This document shows positions 61,031 to 64,000 of a DNA stretch of 64,000 nucleotides, piece after piece. The notes beneath the pieces are model-generated. The model saw nothing but the letters and a program-made list of their open reading frames with translations, ran no database searches and had not been told where the DNA came from. Position 1 is the stretch's first letter, and each line of letters starts with the position of its first letter. The position numbers and the translations under genes are program-made. Origin of the DNA: Camelus dromedarius (taxonomy: Eukaryota); contig NC_087437.1 of NCBI RefSeq assembly GCF_036321535.1, positions 107,014,001 through 107,078,000 on the forward strand, written 5' to 3'.

Positions 61031-64000
61031 TCTTCTGCCCCCCACATACAACCAGAACTTACGGGACTGAGCACACATCCTTGGACTCACCTTTCACTAG
61101 TGACCCAATGAACTCGGCAATGTACCACAGAGACATGTCTGATTCTAAACAGGTCCTGGAATTAAAAAGAGAGGAAGAACCTAGGGAGAACTAAACATTC
61201 TCACAAAGCCAAAATCAATGTCACTGAAATGACAGTCTACATAGTACGAACTGAGTTAGTGCAGAATGCATAGCTATTTGAGAAATGACCTGTTGTACCC
61301 AGAACTTTGACCAAATCTTGTCCAAACTTCTCTATTCCACCAGCTCGAAGCCAGAAAGAAAACTCCAGATCCAGGTTAGGGGGCTCTCTGCACCATGTCC
61401 GTCTTCTCACCCCACTTTTTATCATTCACTTCCGTTCTCCTTTGTCCTTGCCTTTGGATGATTTGTGTCTTCCCAGTTCTATCTCTTTCCAAAGTCCTTC
61501 TCTCCTTGGATCTACTGCCAAAAAGTATTATTAAATGTACTTTTCCACACTGGAACTGTGACGGATACAAATCAGAAGAAAAGACTCTTAGCATCTTTTG
61601 CTTCTAGTATTTTCCTTTGCCTTTATGGTGGCTATTTTTAACCCTCTTCTTTCCATGACTGCTTCTGGGCCAAGCCCTCACTTGGGCCCATATTCCACCT
61701 TCAGAACTTAGGGTTTGGAATTTTTGCTTGGGAGGAGTCTGAAAAACTGTTTATCTGCCAACATTCAGATAACAACTTCAATAACCAGAAAGCAAATATA
61801 AATGAACTCAACTTTTTAGACATAACCTTATACTAGGGAAGTCCAACGCAGAACACATACGTCTCAGCTATGTGATATGCTTAGCCAAGCATGCACTATG
61901 GTTCACCTCACTAACCACTGACACATGGAGACATGTTCAGGTGGTGCTTTCAAAGGATAATTCCCACACACAGCAAGTGTTAGTGGGACGAGTGTTCAGA
62001 AAGCCCCTTGGAGAACCATGGGACCATGGGGTGTGCTGTTTGCTTGCTCCCCAAGCCTCAGTGGGTCTATTCAGATTTCTTTCCCAGGAATTTTATCCCT
62101 GTCTACACAGAGATTTTTGTTTTTCTCCAACTTCTAGAATATTCGATTTGTAATCCTGAAAGACCACATGTTTTAAAACTGTGTTTGAAACTTTTCCTCA
62201 GTCTTTGAGATTTCTGTTTTTTAATTTGCAAAATGAGCGTGTTAAATTAGACCACACCAGTTTACCATCAGAGTCCAGACCCAGAGCTTATTAGATGTTG
62301 GAATGATAACAATGAGTGTACATGTAAAGAAACTACGTGTATGAAAAGAAAAAGAAAAATTAATTCCATTTAGATGATTCATGTATGCAATTACAGCCAC
62401 TCAGGCAACTCAGACACTGGCGTAACTGCCAATTTTTTATGACTCTATGAATATTTTCTTAGGAAAACTTAGTTGCAGAATTCTACTTTATATGCTAAAC
62501 AATAAATATTAACGTTTGGAATTTTATACATAGGAAGCTTAAAAGTGGATGGAGTTCAATTTCTCTAAGTTCCTTTTAAAGGAAAATAGAATTAAATTTA
62601 AGAACTTAGGCTCCACCCATTTCACAACTAAATTTCTTTTAATTTCCTTACACATTATGAAATCTTGAATTAAAATTTGAAAATGCTTTTCATCACTAGT
62701 TCCATCTGAAATCACCACAGATTTTCCTATAATTTCAAATATAATTCCACCTGATTTTCCCTTTATAAGCATAATTCATTTTATGCCAATTTTATAGATA
62801 TCAGATTTGGAATCAAATCATTATAATCAAGGTTTGAGTAGCAATTTACCTCTCTGAACACACTGACCAGACAACTGCTACAATGCACATAAGCATTCTC
62901 AATATAATAGGATACTTTAATAAAATGAATGCAAGGGCTATGAAAAAAAGAATTCTACTGTTCGAAGAAACATTTAAACGTCAAATTGCTTCAGAAATCA
63001 CCTGTTCAACATTTTGACACAATGACCACAGGGCTTCGCCTCTAACACTTCCAGAATCTCCCTACTTCACAAAATACTTCTAGTTGGTAAAGCTTTTCCC
63101 TGGACTGAGTACTACATTTTTCTCTTTGGACCACGTTTTGCTCTCTGGACCAACCCAGAATAATCTTAGTAATTTTTATCCAAGATAATTATTCATCTAT
63201 ATAATGATAGCTTTTCTATTCTCTATAAAATTCTCCTTTACAGAATGTCTATAGAAGTCCTAATAAATAAAAATTAAGAAGACTAAAGACTTATGATTTC
63301 TTTATACCCAGTTGTATCTAAATTGTGTTTTACATGTTGAGAAGAAAAAATAAAATTCAGGTCAGGACTAAGAAAACATTCATAGAAAACAAAACACATA
63401 TTTGTTTTTAAGGGTAAATTTCCTAATTAAATGTCCTAAGTCCAATATCTTGTAACACTTAAGTCATAAGTCCAATATTTTATAATTTAGAAGTTTGCAT
63501 TATAATATTAATAAAACCTAGACAGTCTTTAATATTTCCTACTTTAAAAACATCCAGCAATAGGCAAACATCTACCATATTATTTTTATCTTTATCGATT
63601 TAACATGAGACACGGATGGCTAATCCATTGTTTTGCAAAAATGATTTCTTTTTGAGATGTGAGTGCTTGTTTAGTTTAGTCTAAAAATAACAAAGATAAT
63701 CTTAAAAATATAATAGACTATTCTATTGGCTTTGCTACAACAAATGGAACAATAAATTACTTAGGATGTACTTGTTATTTCAGAGCAAAACATAAAGTTA
63801 GTGAGATGTGTTCTTAAGAGATAAGTGTGGCTCTTATGACGTTAATGAATTTAGAGTTCAGTCTCTCTGCATGGCAGACTCTCGTATCTTAGTTTGCTTT
63901 GATTTTTGTCATTACTTTCTTATTAATTATTCTCTTTGACAGGTAATTTTACAAAAAGGTATCCCTTGACAGGCAATATTCTAGGAGTGTAATATTTGTG

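Noticed and set aside
61131..61140. Perfect p53 half-site AGACATGTCT
   Set aside because: No adjacent second half-site; a lone decamer is expected by chance in 64 kb.
1..64000. CRISPR arrays, operons, rRNA/tRNA genes or other prokaryotic systems
   Set aside because: The sequence is eutherian repeat-rich genomic DNA; no repeat-spacer arrays or dense long ORFs are present.

Overview
This is mammalian (eutherian) nuclear DNA: AT-rich, CpG-depleted and dominated by interspersed repeats. A tRNA(Ala)-derived SINE at 35427 matches my recollection of the camelid-specific Vic-1 family, so the source is most likely a camelid (alpaca/llama/camel). I recognise no protein-coding exon, structural RNA gene or CRISPR array. 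The supplied ORFs are chance frames, microsatellite read-through, or decayed L1/ERVL coding sequence. The window looks like an intergenic region or a very long intron. It contains L2 and MIR relics, old and young L1 fragments, many MaLR/ERVL/ERV1 solo LTRs, two ERVL internal fossils and several DNA-transposon MITEs. The best-supported notable structures are: (i) two 5'-inverted (twin-primed) L1 insertions with intact 15-17 bp TSDs; (ii) four LTR-inside-LTR nestings with readable TSDs, two abutting a host TATAAAAG and a third about 40 bp from a TATA-like box; (iii) a MER47/Tigger5 copy with an inverted internal segment; (iv) a CTCF-type site with an upstream motif at 14084; (v) a candidate regulatory cluster at 47.3-48.8 kb (Z-DNA tract, G-quadruplex, CTCF-like site, seven same-strand CACG); (vi) weak, unassigned exon candidates on both strands. 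Repeat family names come from recalled consensus features, not a database search, and ancient-repeat boundaries are approximate. I found no convincing evidence of a new biological system.
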